Shown here piece by piece: positions 18,948-29,049 of a DNA stretch of 49,996 nt. Where the stretch lies: positions 1 to 49,996 of the IMG/VR virus record IMGVR_UViG_3300020045_001042; one strand, written 5' to 3'. Made by a program: the position numbers and the translations under genes. The stretch is from a virus (Duplodnaviria > Caudoviricetes). How positions within the stretch are numbered: the stretch's first letter is position 1; each line of letters begins with the position of its first letter. The notes beneath the pieces were generated by a model that saw nothing but the letters and a program-made list of their open reading frames with translations, ran no database searches and was not told the DNA's origin.

Positions 18948-19783
18948 TATTGATTACCTTGTAAAAACTTCTGTAGTGCCTCTAATCCATTAGTAGAGGA
19001 GTTAGTTGCTGTCTGTTGAGTATTACCTAACAAAGATAACAGAGGTGATATATAACCATTAACACCAGCGTTAGCTCCACTAGTAGCAGCACTTATACCA
19101 GCAGCAGACGGAGCAATATTAGCTCCACCTTGTGTAGCCATTTGATTTTGATACTGTTGAGTAATTTGCGCCATCTGTGCCATCACAGCTGGACTAGAGG
19201 TAAGAGTATTACTTCGTCTTCCAGCCGCCGCATCCTTGATAGATTGGGCACGTTGTAGTTGCTCTATTTGTGCTTTAACTATTGGAGAATTATATGGGTT
19301 AGTAACAGCATTTCTAGCTTGTGTTTGATAGAAACTTCGTTGAGATCCAAATGGATCTGATGTAGTTGCTATCTTATTCATGGCAGCTTGTTTCTGTTTA
19401 TTCTGATAACCTTCCATTAAGGCAGATAAACCTTTACCAATTAGGGGATTACTTAGTCCACCTGAAAAAATACCAGCTAATGTATTCTGGATACCGCCAG
19501 CATTAGGAGCATTCCATGTTGCACCTGTTCCTGTATCTAATCCTGTAGTATCTATACCACCAAAGAAGTTATTACTATTGGTCGTATCTCCACCTTCCGA
19601 TCCAAAAGAATTCCAGAAGTCGTCGTAATTAAAATCATCATACGATGTATCTATATTTGTATTATCACCTCCGGGAGTGTATCCATCATACTCATTCCCT
19701 ATAGAAGTGTCCCCACCATTATTCAGATCTGTTTGATCTTCAAATTCAATATCACTACCGTAATCATCATCCCACCATGCCAT
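18947..19783 (-). CDS. Putative ejection/pilot protein
   Basis: Acidic N-terminus, Gly/Gln/Ala-rich C-terminus; position in the module. Confidence 0.5.
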   Translation of the reverse strand: MAWWDDDYGSDIEFEDQTDLNNGGDTSIGNEYDGYTPGGDNTNIDTSYDDFNYDDFWNSFGSEGGDTTNSNNFFGGIDTTGLDTGTGATWNAPNAGGIQNTLAGIFSGGLSNPLIGKGLSALMEGYQNKQKQAAMNKIATTSDPFGSQRSFYQTQARNAVTNPYNSPIVKAQIEQLQRAQSIKDAAAGRRSNTLTSSPAVMAQMAQITQQYQNQMATQGGANIAPSAAGISAATSGANAGVNGYISPLLSLLGNTQQTATNSSTNGLEALQKFLQGNQ

Positions 19784-19803
19784 ATTAAAATCTCCTTGTT
19801 TGT

Positions 19804-19832
19804 ATTGTACTACACTTTATATATTCTGTCAA
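19804..19832 (-). promoter_or_regulatory. sigma70 promoter upstream of the ejection-protein genes
   Basis: Minus strand TTGACA (19832-19827), 17 nt, TACAAT (19809-19804). Confidence 0.75.
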
Positions 19833-19835
19833 GCA

Positions 19836-20534
19836 TTACAAACCACCTTCCCAAGATACACGTATAGCTGGTGTAGTTACTGTACCATCCGTAGTACCCG
19901 GAAGATTTGTAGAATTTAATGTGATGGTTGCATCTGCCCAAATATTATGTCGAGTCTTTGTTCCAGGATTATAAAAAACAGAAGCAGTAAATACTGTTTG
20001 CTCCTCTGTTAATACACCTATCCGTTTATATCTTGCAGAATATCTACGTATATCCCATCCACTACCTGTATCTTCCTCTGCATAAAAGTAAATTACCTTA
20101 TTAACACCAGATGCAGTAGCATTTAAAGATATATTTAAAGAATACGTACCTCCATTTACCATTGTATATTCACCCGTACTACTATCATATGTTATACCAT
20201 TATTTGCTACAGTGGTCACTGGTTTAATTATTGTTGGTACTGTAGGTAAAGCTATTCCAGATGTGGTCGTTTGTACATCACAATAGTTATTTGCTCTGTT
20301 ATATTGAGATAAAGATAAATGATACCTTTCATTAGTGCTACCTCCTTGGAGATTCTGTAATTGATTATGTGATCTAGAAGCTATATCAGTTATATTAGAT
20401 CCTGAGAAATTAATAATATACCAAGGAACAGAACCAGAAGTAGAGACATAATTACGTAATTGTCGATACCATTCTAACCAAGTAAAACTACCGGGAGCAT
20501 CATTAACCGGAGGTGGAGGTAATCCACTAGCCAT
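19836..20534 (-). CDS. Tail-associated protein
   Basis: Follows the gp10-like gene; HNQLQNLQGG...YHL motif typical of tail proteins. Confidence 0.5.
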   Translation of the reverse strand: MASGLPPPPVNDAPGSFTWLEWYRQLRNYVSTSGSVPWYIINFSGSNITDIASRSHNQLQNLQGGSTNERYHLSLSQYNRANNYCDVQTTTSGIALPTVPTIIKPVTTVANNGITYDSSTGEYTMVNGGTYSLNISLNATASGVNKVIYFYAEEDTGSGWDIRRYSARYKRIGVLTEEQTVFTASVFYNPGTKTRHNIWADATITLNSTNLPGTTDGTVTTPAIRVSWEGGL

Positions 20535-20535
20535 A

Positions 20536-22428
20536 TTAACTATCTCCTTCGTAGAAAGAAACTTCCATAGATTCTAGACGCAATGGATAACCTGTAGAAT
20601 GTTTAATGTTGAAGGCTCTTCGTCTGAAAGATCCTAACCTAGCAACATTAGGAAAGTCATCATTGAGGGGGACTACCTTTGTATTGGACCACGTTTGATA
20701 ATCATCATCCGACCACTTAATATCTATAGTATCAGATCTATCTCCAACTAATCTCATATTACGCATGAACTTCCTTTTGTATGTATCCATATCATATTTA
20801 TTTGTAGTGAGATCCACTAGAATTTCTACACCATCATCTTGATAAACAGTTGGATCTACTTTATATATACACCCATTAGTAGTATGTAATATGTAAGCTG
20901 CTCCTGTGTGAAGATCAGTCATGTAATTATATGAGAATACTGAATGAGAGCCACTGTTATTTGTTGACCATTCATGCCATAATTTTTCCTCTGCATCATA
21001 CACTAACGTTCTATTTGAGGTAGGTAAATTTATTAAATAAAATAAATGTCCCATAGATCTAAAACCAAATCCATAACAATTCATTGGATCAGTTTCTTGA
21101 TCTAAGATACGTTCAATAAATTCATCACTTATCTTAGTTGGTTTAAATCCTTCTACTTGCCAAACAGATCTACCTCCAGATTCAGATTGACCAGTGAAAA
21201 CGAATGTACCTTCATTTTGATATATGGCATATGGAAAAGCACATCCAATCTGTATAATAGTAGAGTCATTTCTACTTAATGGAGATCCACTTGCATTAGC
21301 GGCATCGTAGAAAAACTCAATAGATGTTTCACCAAAAACAACGACTTGATTATTTTGTCTAGCCAATCCAACAACAGGATCAGGGAACATCTCAGCAGAT
21401 AGATACTCTCCAGCATTCCATATATAAGGTTCATCTAAAGAGCAATTATAAACATCACTTCCTTTCGCTAATAGAATATAACCATCTATATATGTAGGGA
21501 TGGGTATATGTGGAGTAGGAAAATTATTAACTACTGCTGTTGCTGTTCCTTGTGTAGTAGGACCGCCCGTACTAATAGAATGTGTTCCTGTTCCATTAGT
21601 TGTAAAGTTTACAGCAGCACCTCCAGAAGTTAGACTTACTTGGAATGTATAAGTAGTTGGGTTAACTATATAGTATATAGTTGCTGTACTCAATCCAGTA
21701 GGTAGTCCACCAGTAGTTTTTAGTTTTATTCTATCGCTTGTTGTTAGTTGATGTGGAACAACACTAGTCAGTAGATCTGTTGTAGAATCGGCTGTTACTG
21801 CGGTAGTAAATGTTATTGTGGGTAGTGTTGTATAACCACTACCAGAAGATGTTATATTTATTTCTGTTAATAATCCTCCAGATATAACAGCATCGGCTGC
21901 TGCTCCAGTTCCACTACCTCCAGTAAAATAAACTTTAGGGGCAGTAACATACACAGATCCAGCAGTAACCACTGTAACACTGCCTATACCATCAGCACCA
22001 ACATTCAGAACAGATCCATCTGATTTTACAATCCATGCGGAGGTTCCATCACAAATAAAAAGATAGTCTCCAATAATAGTAGAATTGGCTACCAACATAC
22101 CAACCTTACTAGTTGCATCTGTTAATGTAATAACAGATGTTGGTGGAGTTCCATCCTCATATACATGTCCATCTACACAAGCATAAATCTTATTTCGAAA
22201 GTAAGCAATACCTCTACCAGTACCCTCTCCAAAATCTTTATATAAAGTAAGACCCGGCCTCTTATTTAGAAAGATACGGGTGCTTTCTATTGCCTCTACT
22301 TTTCGTGTTTCTGGGAAGATGTTAATAAATCGTTGATCTTTAGTTGCAACTGCATTACGATTAGTCATGGAGCCGAGCAAGGGTAATCGTATATTTTGCT
22401 CTTGATATTTATTCCTTTGTTGTGCCAT
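20536..22428 (-). CDS. P22 gp10-like tail hub/packaged DNA stabilisation protein
   Basis: KRPGL, YIDGY, SAEMFPD, FGETSIEF, WSDD..TW...RLG..RRRAF motifs. Confidence 0.75.
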   Translation of the reverse strand: MAQQRNKYQEQNIRLPLLGSMTNRNAVATKDQRFINIFPETRKVEAIESTRIFLNKRPGLTLYKDFGEGTGRGIAYFRNKIYACVDGHVYEDGTPPTSVITLTDATSKVGMLVANSTIIGDYLFICDGTSAWIVKSDGSVLNVGADGIGSVTVVTAGSVYVTAPKVYFTGGSGTGAAADAVISGGLLTEINITSSGSGYTTLPTITFTTAVTADSTTDLLTSVVPHQLTTSDRIKLKTTGGLPTGLSTATIYYIVNPTTYTFQVSLTSGGAAVNFTTNGTGTHSISTGGPTTQGTATAVVNNFPTPHIPIPTYIDGYILLAKGSDVYNCSLDEPYIWNAGEYLSAEMFPDPVVGLARQNNQVVVFGETSIEFFYDAANASGSPLSRNDSTIIQIGCAFPYAIYQNEGTFVFTGQSESGGRSVWQVEGFKPTKISDEFIERILDQETDPMNCYGFGFRSMGHLFYLINLPTSNRTLVYDAEEKLWHEWSTNNSGSHSVFSYNYMTDLHTGAAYILHTTNGCIYKVDPTVYQDDGVEILVDLTTNKYDMDTYKRKFMRNMRLVGDRSDTIDIKWSDDDYQTWSNTKVVPLNDDFPNVARLGSFRRRAFNIKHSTGYPLRLESMEVSFYEGDS

Positions 22429-22432
22429 TTTA

Positions 22433-23299
22433 TTACCAAGAATAATTAGAGGGGATACCCCCAGACAAACCCGACGATCCGTTATTAGATATACCTGATC
22501 CTAAATCTCCAGAGGAGAATCCAGCCGGAGATGTATAATTATTTTGAGTTGTATAACTACTCCCGCTCTTATCTGTTATACCAGAACCCATCCCAGGTTT
22601 ACCCCAATACCCACCTTGGTATCCCGGAGTTCCTGTGTAGTTAATAGATTCACTTATCCCTTGGGCGGGATCAAATCCAAATAATCTAGCTAAACCATAC
22701 AAGCTGCCTAATGCTGGATTAGCCAAAGATAACCCAGTTCCAAGTAAGGTGTTACCCATATCCATACCGATTTGTTCTTTTGATTTCTCTCCGAGTAATC
22801 CACTTGTTAGAGACCCAACTATTCCACCCAATCCGGGTGTTTTACTAAACATGCTTGTTAATGTCCCAGCACCTTGAGCAGCAGCACCTTTCCAATTACC
22901 AGATAATCCTGTTAGAGCCATATTTGTCAATGCACCATACAAACCGTTACCTGAGATAAGACTCATCCCCTTACCTGCTAATGCAGGCACATATCCCGGC
23001 ATCTTACCCATAGATGTGTTACTTGTTGTCTCTGATGGGGAGTTACCACTATTACTAGTTAAATTTAAAACCTTTGCATTATTTAATAGATTAGAATATG
23101 TATTTGCTAAAGTGCCTGTTCCCTTAGATACATCCATTAAAGAGGATGGAGTCGTTCCACTAGGAGTCTGGCTAGTGGCTTCTTCTGGAGCAGACCATGG
23201 ATCTTGCATACCCTTACGGATAGCCTCGTTCCGTAGTCTTTGATTACCTATCTTCTCTTGTGCTACTTGGTTAGCTACATCTTCGTATTGAGTTACCAT
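22433..23299 (-). CDS. Gly/Ser-rich virion protein
   Basis: Low-complexity 288-aa ORF inside the tail operon. Confidence 0.5.
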   Translation of the reverse strand: MVTQYEDVANQVAQEKIGNQRLRNEAIRKGMQDPWSAPEEATSQTPSGTTPSSLMDVSKGTGTLANTYSNLLNNAKVLNLTSNSGNSPSETTSNTSMGKMPGYVPALAGKGMSLISGNGLYGALTNMALTGLSGNWKGAAAQGAGTLTSMFSKTPGLGGIVGSLTSGLLGEKSKEQIGMDMGNTLLGTGLSLANPALGSLYGLARLFGFDPAQGISESINYTGTPGYQGGYWGKPGMGSGITDKSGSSYTTQNNYTSPAGFSSGDLGSGISNNGSSGLSGGIPSNYSW

Positions 23300-24012
23300 G
23301 ATCTATAATCGGCTTGCAGATAAAGCGAGCCCTCCTCAGTGCCAAACGACATAGCTATAAGTTTAATGTCGAGAGCCTCTTGTAATAGAACCCTACGTTG
23401 ATCTATAGGAAGTCCGTACTCAGGAGCTAATCTACTGGCTAGTCCATATACTACTGCATCATACCATTCTTGTGGGAAGTCCGGGACATCCGTTGAGATA
23501 TTAAAATCTTCAAAGGGTCTTTGATAAGTTATGTAAATAACACTACCACTTGCGTCTATAGTACCCGGAGTGGGAAACAAACTTAAACTCCCTTGATCTA
23601 GCTGTGGCTCATAGTAGATCTGAATTGGCTTACTAGATGTAGTCTTATTCCCTAAGATAGCATACTCTTGTTTAGTGATAATCCGCATAGGGATATCAAC
23701 ATTAGATACTGGATCTCTGTTCCAAGCTTGTATTACTTTAAGAGGCTTATCTGTTACTATATCACAAGAAAGATCATTGCCTATTGTGTACGTAGTTTGT
23801 CCTGCAACTAGGGGAACTGGAGTGGTGCGTAATGCCCATAGAGGCATACCATCAGCCTCCCAAGCCTTAACCATAAGATTAAGAGCAAAGGCTGCTTCAG
23901 AGACTTGATCTGGGGTGGGTACTTCACCTTGAGCAACTACACCTATCTTACGCAAAGCACCTTTAATAATATCATCTCTGGTAATAGAGAATGTAGTTGT
24001 TCCACTGGTCAT
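23293..24012 (-). CDS. P22 gp4-like head-tail adaptor
   Basis: DIIKGALRKIGV...LNLMVKAW...YGLASRLAPEYG. Confidence 0.75.
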   Translation of the reverse strand: MTSGTTTFSITRDDIIKGALRKIGVVAQGEVPTPDQVSEAAFALNLMVKAWEADGMPLWALRTTPVPLVAGQTTYTIGNDLSCDIVTDKPLKVIQAWNRDPVSNVDIPMRIITKQEYAILGNKTTSSKPIQIYYEPQLDQGSLSLFPTPGTIDASGSVIYITYQRPFEDFNISTDVPDFPQEWYDAVVYGLASRLAPEYGLPIDQRRVLLQEALDIKLIAMSFGTEEGSLYLQADYRSW

Positions 24013-24242
24013 TTGATATGATCCCTTATAAAGAGCAGTAAAGCTGTAATACCACCAGCTATACTAACTACCCACTTAACAAAAGTAACTACTCCTTTAG
24101 CTTGTTGCCACGCCTCAGTGAAAGCAGTCATCTCTTTTCTTAGTTCTTTTATATCAGTGAATAATTGTTCAAATTTTAGATTCTCTTCTTCTATATGTTT
24201 AGATAGAAGATCATCTAATTCTTTTCTTATTTCATAATTCAT
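24009..24242 (-). CDS. Small coiled-coil plus single-TM protein (holin/antiholin-like)
   Basis: C-terminal hydrophobic helix. Confidence 0.5.
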   Translation of the reverse strand: MNYEIRKELDDLLSKHIEEENLKFEQLFTDIKELRKEMTAFTEAWQQAKGVVTFVKWVVSIAGGITALLLFIRDHIK

Positions 24243-24248
24243 AAGAGA

Positions 24249-24845
24249 TTAATTAAATTCAGGTAAAAAGAATCCAACGAACTCTTCTCGTGTAGAGAAG
24301 TTGCGAACAACCTCATGACCAAAAACAGATAAATGTGTTATATCATTGGTTGCAAAGATTTTTACCCAAGACGTTGGATTGTAGAACCATTGACAAGCCA
24401 TAGTTCTATAAAAATCCATATATCGCACACCAAGCCGTAAAGTCAGTGCGTCGAGTTTCAATAAATACTCTCTATATTCATTCACCACAGCTGCTGTGCC
24501 TCTGCGGAATTGCGACGACATAACAACCGGAGTTGCACCAGCAGCCCGGATAAGTCCAATAATGGCCTCGATATTTGTTCCAGATTCTTCTGGAGTTAGT
24601 CCAGCACGGTAATCATTTATTCCTATCATTACCGAAACAACAACTGGTGAATACTCAGTGAGGAGAGCCGGAAGGCGCTCAAGTGCTTGAGCGCTTGTGT
24701 CACCATTAACACCTGCGTTAATAATATCATCATAAGTGTATCCGTTAAGTTCACCAATGAGTTTTGCAAATGTCTGTGGAAGAGTAACCCCTCCATAGGA
24801 AATACCACGTGTAATACTGTCGCCAAGAAAGACGATTTTAGACAT
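24249..24845 (-). CDS. SGNH/GDSL esterase
   Basis: GDSIT, NAGVNG, IGIND and DITH blocks. Confidence 0.88.
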   Translation of the reverse strand: MSKIVFLGDSITRGISYGGVTLPQTFAKLIGELNGYTYDDIINAGVNGDTSAQALERLPALLTEYSPVVVSVMIGINDYRAGLTPEESGTNIEAIIGLIRAAGATPVVMSSQFRRGTAAVVNEYREYLLKLDALTLRLGVRYMDFYRTMACQWFYNPTSWVKIFATNDITHLSVFGHEVVRNFSTREEFVGFFLPEFN

Positions 24846-24875
24846 AGATACCTTTCTTAATATTATTTATTAAAC

Positions 24876-25769
24876 TTATTCATATTGAATGTTTACGGTG
24901 CCACTATCAAATGTCCCTGTCGGCATAACAATTGAAATCAAATCTAATGCACCAGCCAATGTCTTACCACCTTCACCAACGAAAATAGCAGCAGAAGAAC
25001 CATCTCCTATGTGGGATGATTTCCATACGTTACCCGTTTGTCGAACGATAGTCATTACACCAGAATACAAAGTAGCCGCCGTATTTCCGCCAATATAGAA
25101 GCCTGTTGTTTGTGCTGTAAACGCAGCAGCAGCGACATTCACAATACCTCCAGAATATCCAGTCGTTTCTGCTACACCACTTGTCCCTAATCGTACCTGT
25201 GCGTATCCGGTAGATGTTCCACTAGCATCTGTAATTATTATCTTTATACAATTAGCCCATGTTGGAATGGTGAAATTAACAGCCGTACCAGTTAATGATG
25301 CCACAGTACTAAGATTAATACTACTTCCCCAAGACACTACTGTACCATTCGTAATAAGAGATGTACCAGCATTACCTGTTTGAGATGGTAAATCATTTGG
25401 ATTCGCTGTACTAGTCCAGATGGTTCCATTACTAGTTAGTAGATTTCCAGTAGTACCCGGAGCAACCCAAGGCATTACAGTAGAACTAATATCTGTAGTT
25501 ACTACTAATGTTTTACTTGTTGGAATAGTAGTTCCATTAATACTAGTAATATCTGTATTGGCCCCGGATTTCGCTTTTTCTGTATCTAATTCATTAATAG
25601 CGGTTTGCACATTAATAGCTGAAATACTACCTGCTGGGGTATTAACAATGTTAGTTGCTATTAGAGAGGATACTTCTAACTTATCATTATTGAGGTTATT
25701 AAAGTTAGCATCCATCTCAGCGTACGTGAGGGCAGATCCCTTCCCTGCTCTTGTTACAATTGTACTCAT
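24876..25769 (-). CDS. Tail fibre protein
   Basis: KGSALTYAEMDANF N-terminus, NVQTAINEL, GANTDITS and GNAGTSLITNG tail-fibre motifs. Confidence 0.75.
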   Translation of the reverse strand: MSTIVTRAGKGSALTYAEMDANFNNLNNDKLEVSSLIATNIVNTPAGSISAINVQTAINELDTEKAKSGANTDITSINGTTIPTSKTLVVTTDISSTVMPWVAPGTTGNLLTSNGTIWTSTANPNDLPSQTGNAGTSLITNGTVVSWGSSINLSTVASLTGTAVNFTIPTWANCIKIIITDASGTSTGYAQVRLGTSGVAETTGYSGGIVNVAAAAFTAQTTGFYIGGNTAATLYSGVMTIVRQTGNVWKSSHIGDGSSAAIFVGEGGKTLAGALDLISIVMPTGTFDSGTVNIQYE

Positions 25770-26063
25770 TTATATACTTTCTATAATGTATTGTTGATTT
25801 GGAGGATTAGCATAATAACCATCCACCACATATAAAGGATATGTTATATTAGTAAATACAAATGTGGGAATAGGTCTACTAAATGGAACACTAATCTTAT
25901 CTTGACGTGCCCTTACAAAGTCTTGTGGGTGTCTCTCCTCGAAGTCATCCGGACATACTATAAAACCATCCCATCTTTTTTTTGCTAGAGATGATTTTAT
26001 TTTCTTGGAACAGACATCACACGTAACATTATGCTCACCGGAATTGTAATAGTTTTTATTCAT
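25770..26063 (-). CDS. Hypothetical morphogenesis protein
   Basis: CDVC...WDGFIVCPDDFEERHPQD. Confidence 0.6.
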   Translation of the reverse strand: MNKNYYNSGEHNVTCDVCSKKIKSSLAKKRWDGFIVCPDDFEERHPQDFVRARQDKISVPFSRPIPTFVFTNITYPLYVVDGYYANPPNQQYIIESI

Positions 26064-26094
26064 AGGTGCCTTTCAAAGCTTCGTGAAGAGGGGA

Positions 26095-27306
26095 TTAGAA
26101 AATCACCGGAACACCGTTGGAAAGCATTCGCAGCGAGTTATCTTGAGCGACATAAGCGCCGCTCAATTGATTGCCGCTTAACTTTCCAGCCGTGTCCAGT
26201 GCGTTAGCGATAACAGCATTGGCCGAGGGTGCGCCCACGTATTCCTCGGTGTGGTCGTACCAGATCACACCTTGCCAGCCACGCGCCGCCAGATAAGCCG
26301 ACACGCGCTTGATCGTTGCCGCCTGTGATGCCCGGTCAGACTGTTGCGCCCAGAATGACCAGCCAGACGTAAACCCGGCCTCGCTGGCAATCTTAGGCAC
26401 GCCACCACGACCCCGCGCCGACAGGATTAAATCGAGGTCCTCGCACCGCTGAATAATCGAGTAGGCATCAGCCGATTTGGTTGTGGGTCGAATGTCGTAG
26501 TTGTAGAAGTGGTAGGCCAGTGCATCAAAATATGGAGTTCCGCCTGCGTCCATCCATGTGGCAAGCCACTCCTCTTCACCACTGACATTCGAACCTTCAA
26601 CAAAATCCGGAGTCGTAACGATGATCGAGCTTCGCACCGCTTTCGCCGATGAGAAAACGGCTTGACAATGCGTCACCAATTGCTCTTTCGTGCCAAACCA
26701 ATAATGCACGGCGTTCTGCGTCGTGTTGACAAACTTATTACTGGCGTCCTTCTGAATCGTCTCGGCATTGCTGAATGGCGTAGCCGAATACGCAGGACCG
26801 GACAACCTGACGAGCAACAGAGTAGACGTGCAACTGACCACCGTTCCTGTTGCGCCAGAAGTAAGCCCCGTCACAGCATCGCCAGCAACCAGCGTTCCCG
26901 TCAATGTTCCGGGGAATTTAACGACCGGGTTACCCCACTTCGTTTCGTTCCACGGACTCAACCACTTGATCTGTGGATACCGCGTCAGTAAGGCAGTGAC
27001 GAACCGGGCGAGCTTGATTTGATCTGGTACGCAGCCAGCTCCAACAGAGCCGTCCTGATCTGGAACACTTGTCCATGTTGCGCCCGAAATGCGAGCCGAA
27101 GCCGGGCACCCGTAAAGCTGGTAATAGATGTCCTGCCCTTGCCCGTCGAAGTACGCAACCATTGCGTCCATCGTCGTCCAGGTGAAAACACCGTCACTCA
27201 GTTCAATCTGATTCCAATCGACACCAGCCGAGTGATTTCGCCAAATTTTCGGCGAATACGTCGGAAGCGGCGTAGGTGCGCCACCTGAAAAATTCTTGTA
27301 ATGCAT
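26095..27306 (-). CDS. Clan GH-A glycoside hydrolase domain (GH39/GH5-like), probable depolymerase
   Basis: WNQIE...GVFTW, WNE (acid/base), FDALAYHFY, SEAG (nucleophile), VIWY. Confidence 0.7.
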   Translation of the reverse strand: MHYKNFSGGAPTPLPTYSPKIWRNHSAGVDWNQIELSDGVFTWTTMDAMVAYFDGQGQDIYYQLYGCPASARISGATWTSVPDQDGSVGAGCVPDQIKLARFVTALLTRYPQIKWLSPWNETKWGNPVVKFPGTLTGTLVAGDAVTGLTSGATGTVVSCTSTLLLVRLSGPAYSATPFSNAETIQKDASNKFVNTTQNAVHYWFGTKEQLVTHCQAVFSSAKAVRSSIIVTTPDFVEGSNVSGEEEWLATWMDAGGTPYFDALAYHFYNYDIRPTTKSADAYSIIQRCEDLDLILSARGRGGVPKIASEAGFTSGWSFWAQQSDRASQAATIKRVSAYLAARGWQGVIWYDHTEEYVGAPSANAVIANALDTAGKLSGNQLSGAYVAQDNSLRMLSNGVPVIF

Positions 27307-27377
27307 CCCGATAAACTTACTTGTAACACTAACTGCCGGCAGAAGGCTCCCCGCCGTGGCGGGGTTATACAGGGAGC

Positions 27378-28199
27378 CTAGAGAAAAACAGGCAGGGCCG
27401 AGATGCCGCTGATTCTCCGTGCGTTGTCCTGCGTCACCAGTTCGCTGATGTTTTTAGGCAGGCCACTGGCCGTGAATCTGGCGAACTCAAACCCTGAGAA
27501 CTTGCCATCGACCGTGTTGCCTGTTGCACTTCGACCGAGTGCAAATGGGCTTGTCATGATGTCTGTTGCAAGCACAGTTGTCGCCGTCTGCACGAGGGCG
27601 GAAACGCCGTCAATGTAGGCTGTGAATGCCTTGCTGACAGCATCCCACGACACCAGAACTCGGTGGTCTGATCCATTCGCAGCTACCGCAGTCGAGTACG
27701 TGACAGCGACGAATGCGCCATTTACCCACAAACGCGGGCCAACTTGACCGGATGCGTTGATGTTGATGTTGACACCCGGAAGCAATGAACCATCAGCACA
27801 TCCCGCGACTGTTTCGGTTCCGGCTGGCGTTGCTTTGTTCAATGTAAACGCAACGATAAACGAATCAGTTGATAGATTCAAATTCACGGCGCTGTTTGGC
27901 ACGATTAACGATGAATTACCGGCACCTGCAACGGATGTGAAATACCCAGCATTCGCCCAAGGCGTCGCTGCTGATGCGCCGAACGCAATGGGGACAGACA
28001 ACCCGCTGTAATCAGTAGGCAAGACGCTAGAGCCGCCACTCTGATTCAGGGGTAGTAAAACAGAGGTGTAGTCCATGCCCGAAGGCTGCACCAAAGGCTG
28101 ACCATTCACGGGTGAAAATTTAATCCTCCCGGTGACAGGATTAGTCTCTGCTGTTATGATATTACCTGTTGATACACCACTTCCAATAGAAACAGACAT
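27378..28199 (-). CDS. LamG/ConA-like lectin domain virion protein
   Basis: DYSG, DHRVLVSWD...AYIDG...ALGR...FSG pattern. Confidence 0.65.
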   Translation of the reverse strand: MSVSIGSGVSTGNIITAETNPVTGRIKFSPVNGQPLVQPSGMDYTSVLLPLNQSGGSSVLPTDYSGLSVPIAFGASAATPWANAGYFTSVAGAGNSSLIVPNSAVNLNLSTDSFIVAFTLNKATPAGTETVAGCADGSLLPGVNININASGQVGPRLWVNGAFVAVTYSTAVAANGSDHRVLVSWDAVSKAFTAYIDGVSALVQTATTVLATDIMTSPFALGRSATGNTVDGKFSGFEFARFTASGLPKNISELVTQDNARRISGISALPVFL

Positions 28200-28201
28200 G
28201 A

Positions 28202-28510
28202 TTATCGTAGTCCTTGTAAGAGTGTAACAGTCGTTGTTCCTGTTCCTGCTGTATTATTAATTCGCATTGCCCTAATAGGGAATGCATAATTACCGTCGAA
28301 GTTTGCAGACTTCCCAGTAATTATAGAATTCTTAAAAGCTGTAGGTGTTATAGTAGAATCGAATACATCATCAAATGTATGCTCTATATCATATGTAATA
28401 GTTCCAGTAACAACACATCCCATACCTACATTGAAGGGAGCTTGTTTATAATCTAGTGGAATCCATGCGCTCTGTCCTGTACCAGTTAGCGAAATTACTT
28501 GTGGTCGCAT
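28202..28510 (-). CDS. Small structural protein
   Basis: Beta-rich; directly downstream of the capsid genes. Confidence 0.55.
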   Translation of the reverse strand: MRPQVISLTGTGQSAWIPLDYKQAPFNVGMGCVVTGTITYDIEHTFDDVFDSTITPTAFKNSIITGKSANFDGNYAFPIRAMRINNTAGTGTTTVTLLQGLR

Positions 28511-28526
28511 TTTATTTCCTTTAATA

Positions 28527-28572
28527 AAAGAAAGGGGAAGAGTCCAGCGATTAAGCTATCATCTCCCCCTTT
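28527..28572 (-). terminator. Intrinsic terminator after the capsid genes
   Basis: Minus strand AAAGGGGAG...CTTCCCCTTTCTTTT. Confidence 0.55.
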
Positions 28573-28579
28573 GGGTTTG

Positions 28580-28984
28580 TTACAGTGTAAGCCCTTGTGG
28601 CGGAATGTAATATTCCACTTTAACAATAACTGGTGTAGTTAATGTTGCACTAGCTTTAATGTACACAGGTTTATCTGAGGTCTGTTGAACACCTACGGAT
28701 GTACCTGTCTGTGCCCCAGATGGAGCGTAGCCAGTTGAGTTAGGAGCAAAGGCATTTACAAGCTCTGTTCCACCATCAGTAAACCCTACATTAATAGTCT
28801 GAGTGGTATTAGCACCTGTACATATCGTATAGATACCCATAACTACTGCATACTTAGGAAGTTTAAATGCTAATACACCTGTGGTGCCATCAGCTACTTC
28901 CACAATACCTAACTTTGTATAACCATGTCTTGGGACTGGGGTGATTGTAGAAACACCCCCCGGCCCTACGCCATATACTGCCAT
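28580..28984 (-). CDS. Probable capsid decoration protein
   Basis: Follows the major capsid gene; FKLPKYA.V, INVG beta-sandwich pattern. Confidence 0.5.
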   Translation of the reverse strand: MAVYGVGPGGVSTITPVPRHGYTKLGIVEVADGTTGVLAFKLPKYAVVMGIYTICTGANTTQTINVGFTDGGTELVNAFAPNSTGYAPSGAQTGTSVGVQQTSDKPVYIKASATLTTPVIVKVEYYIPPQGLTL

Positions 28985-29049
28985 ATCTTATTCTCCTTTG
29001 AAGAGAACTACCACGTACCCAATAGCAGAGGTGGTAGCTATGTTATTTG

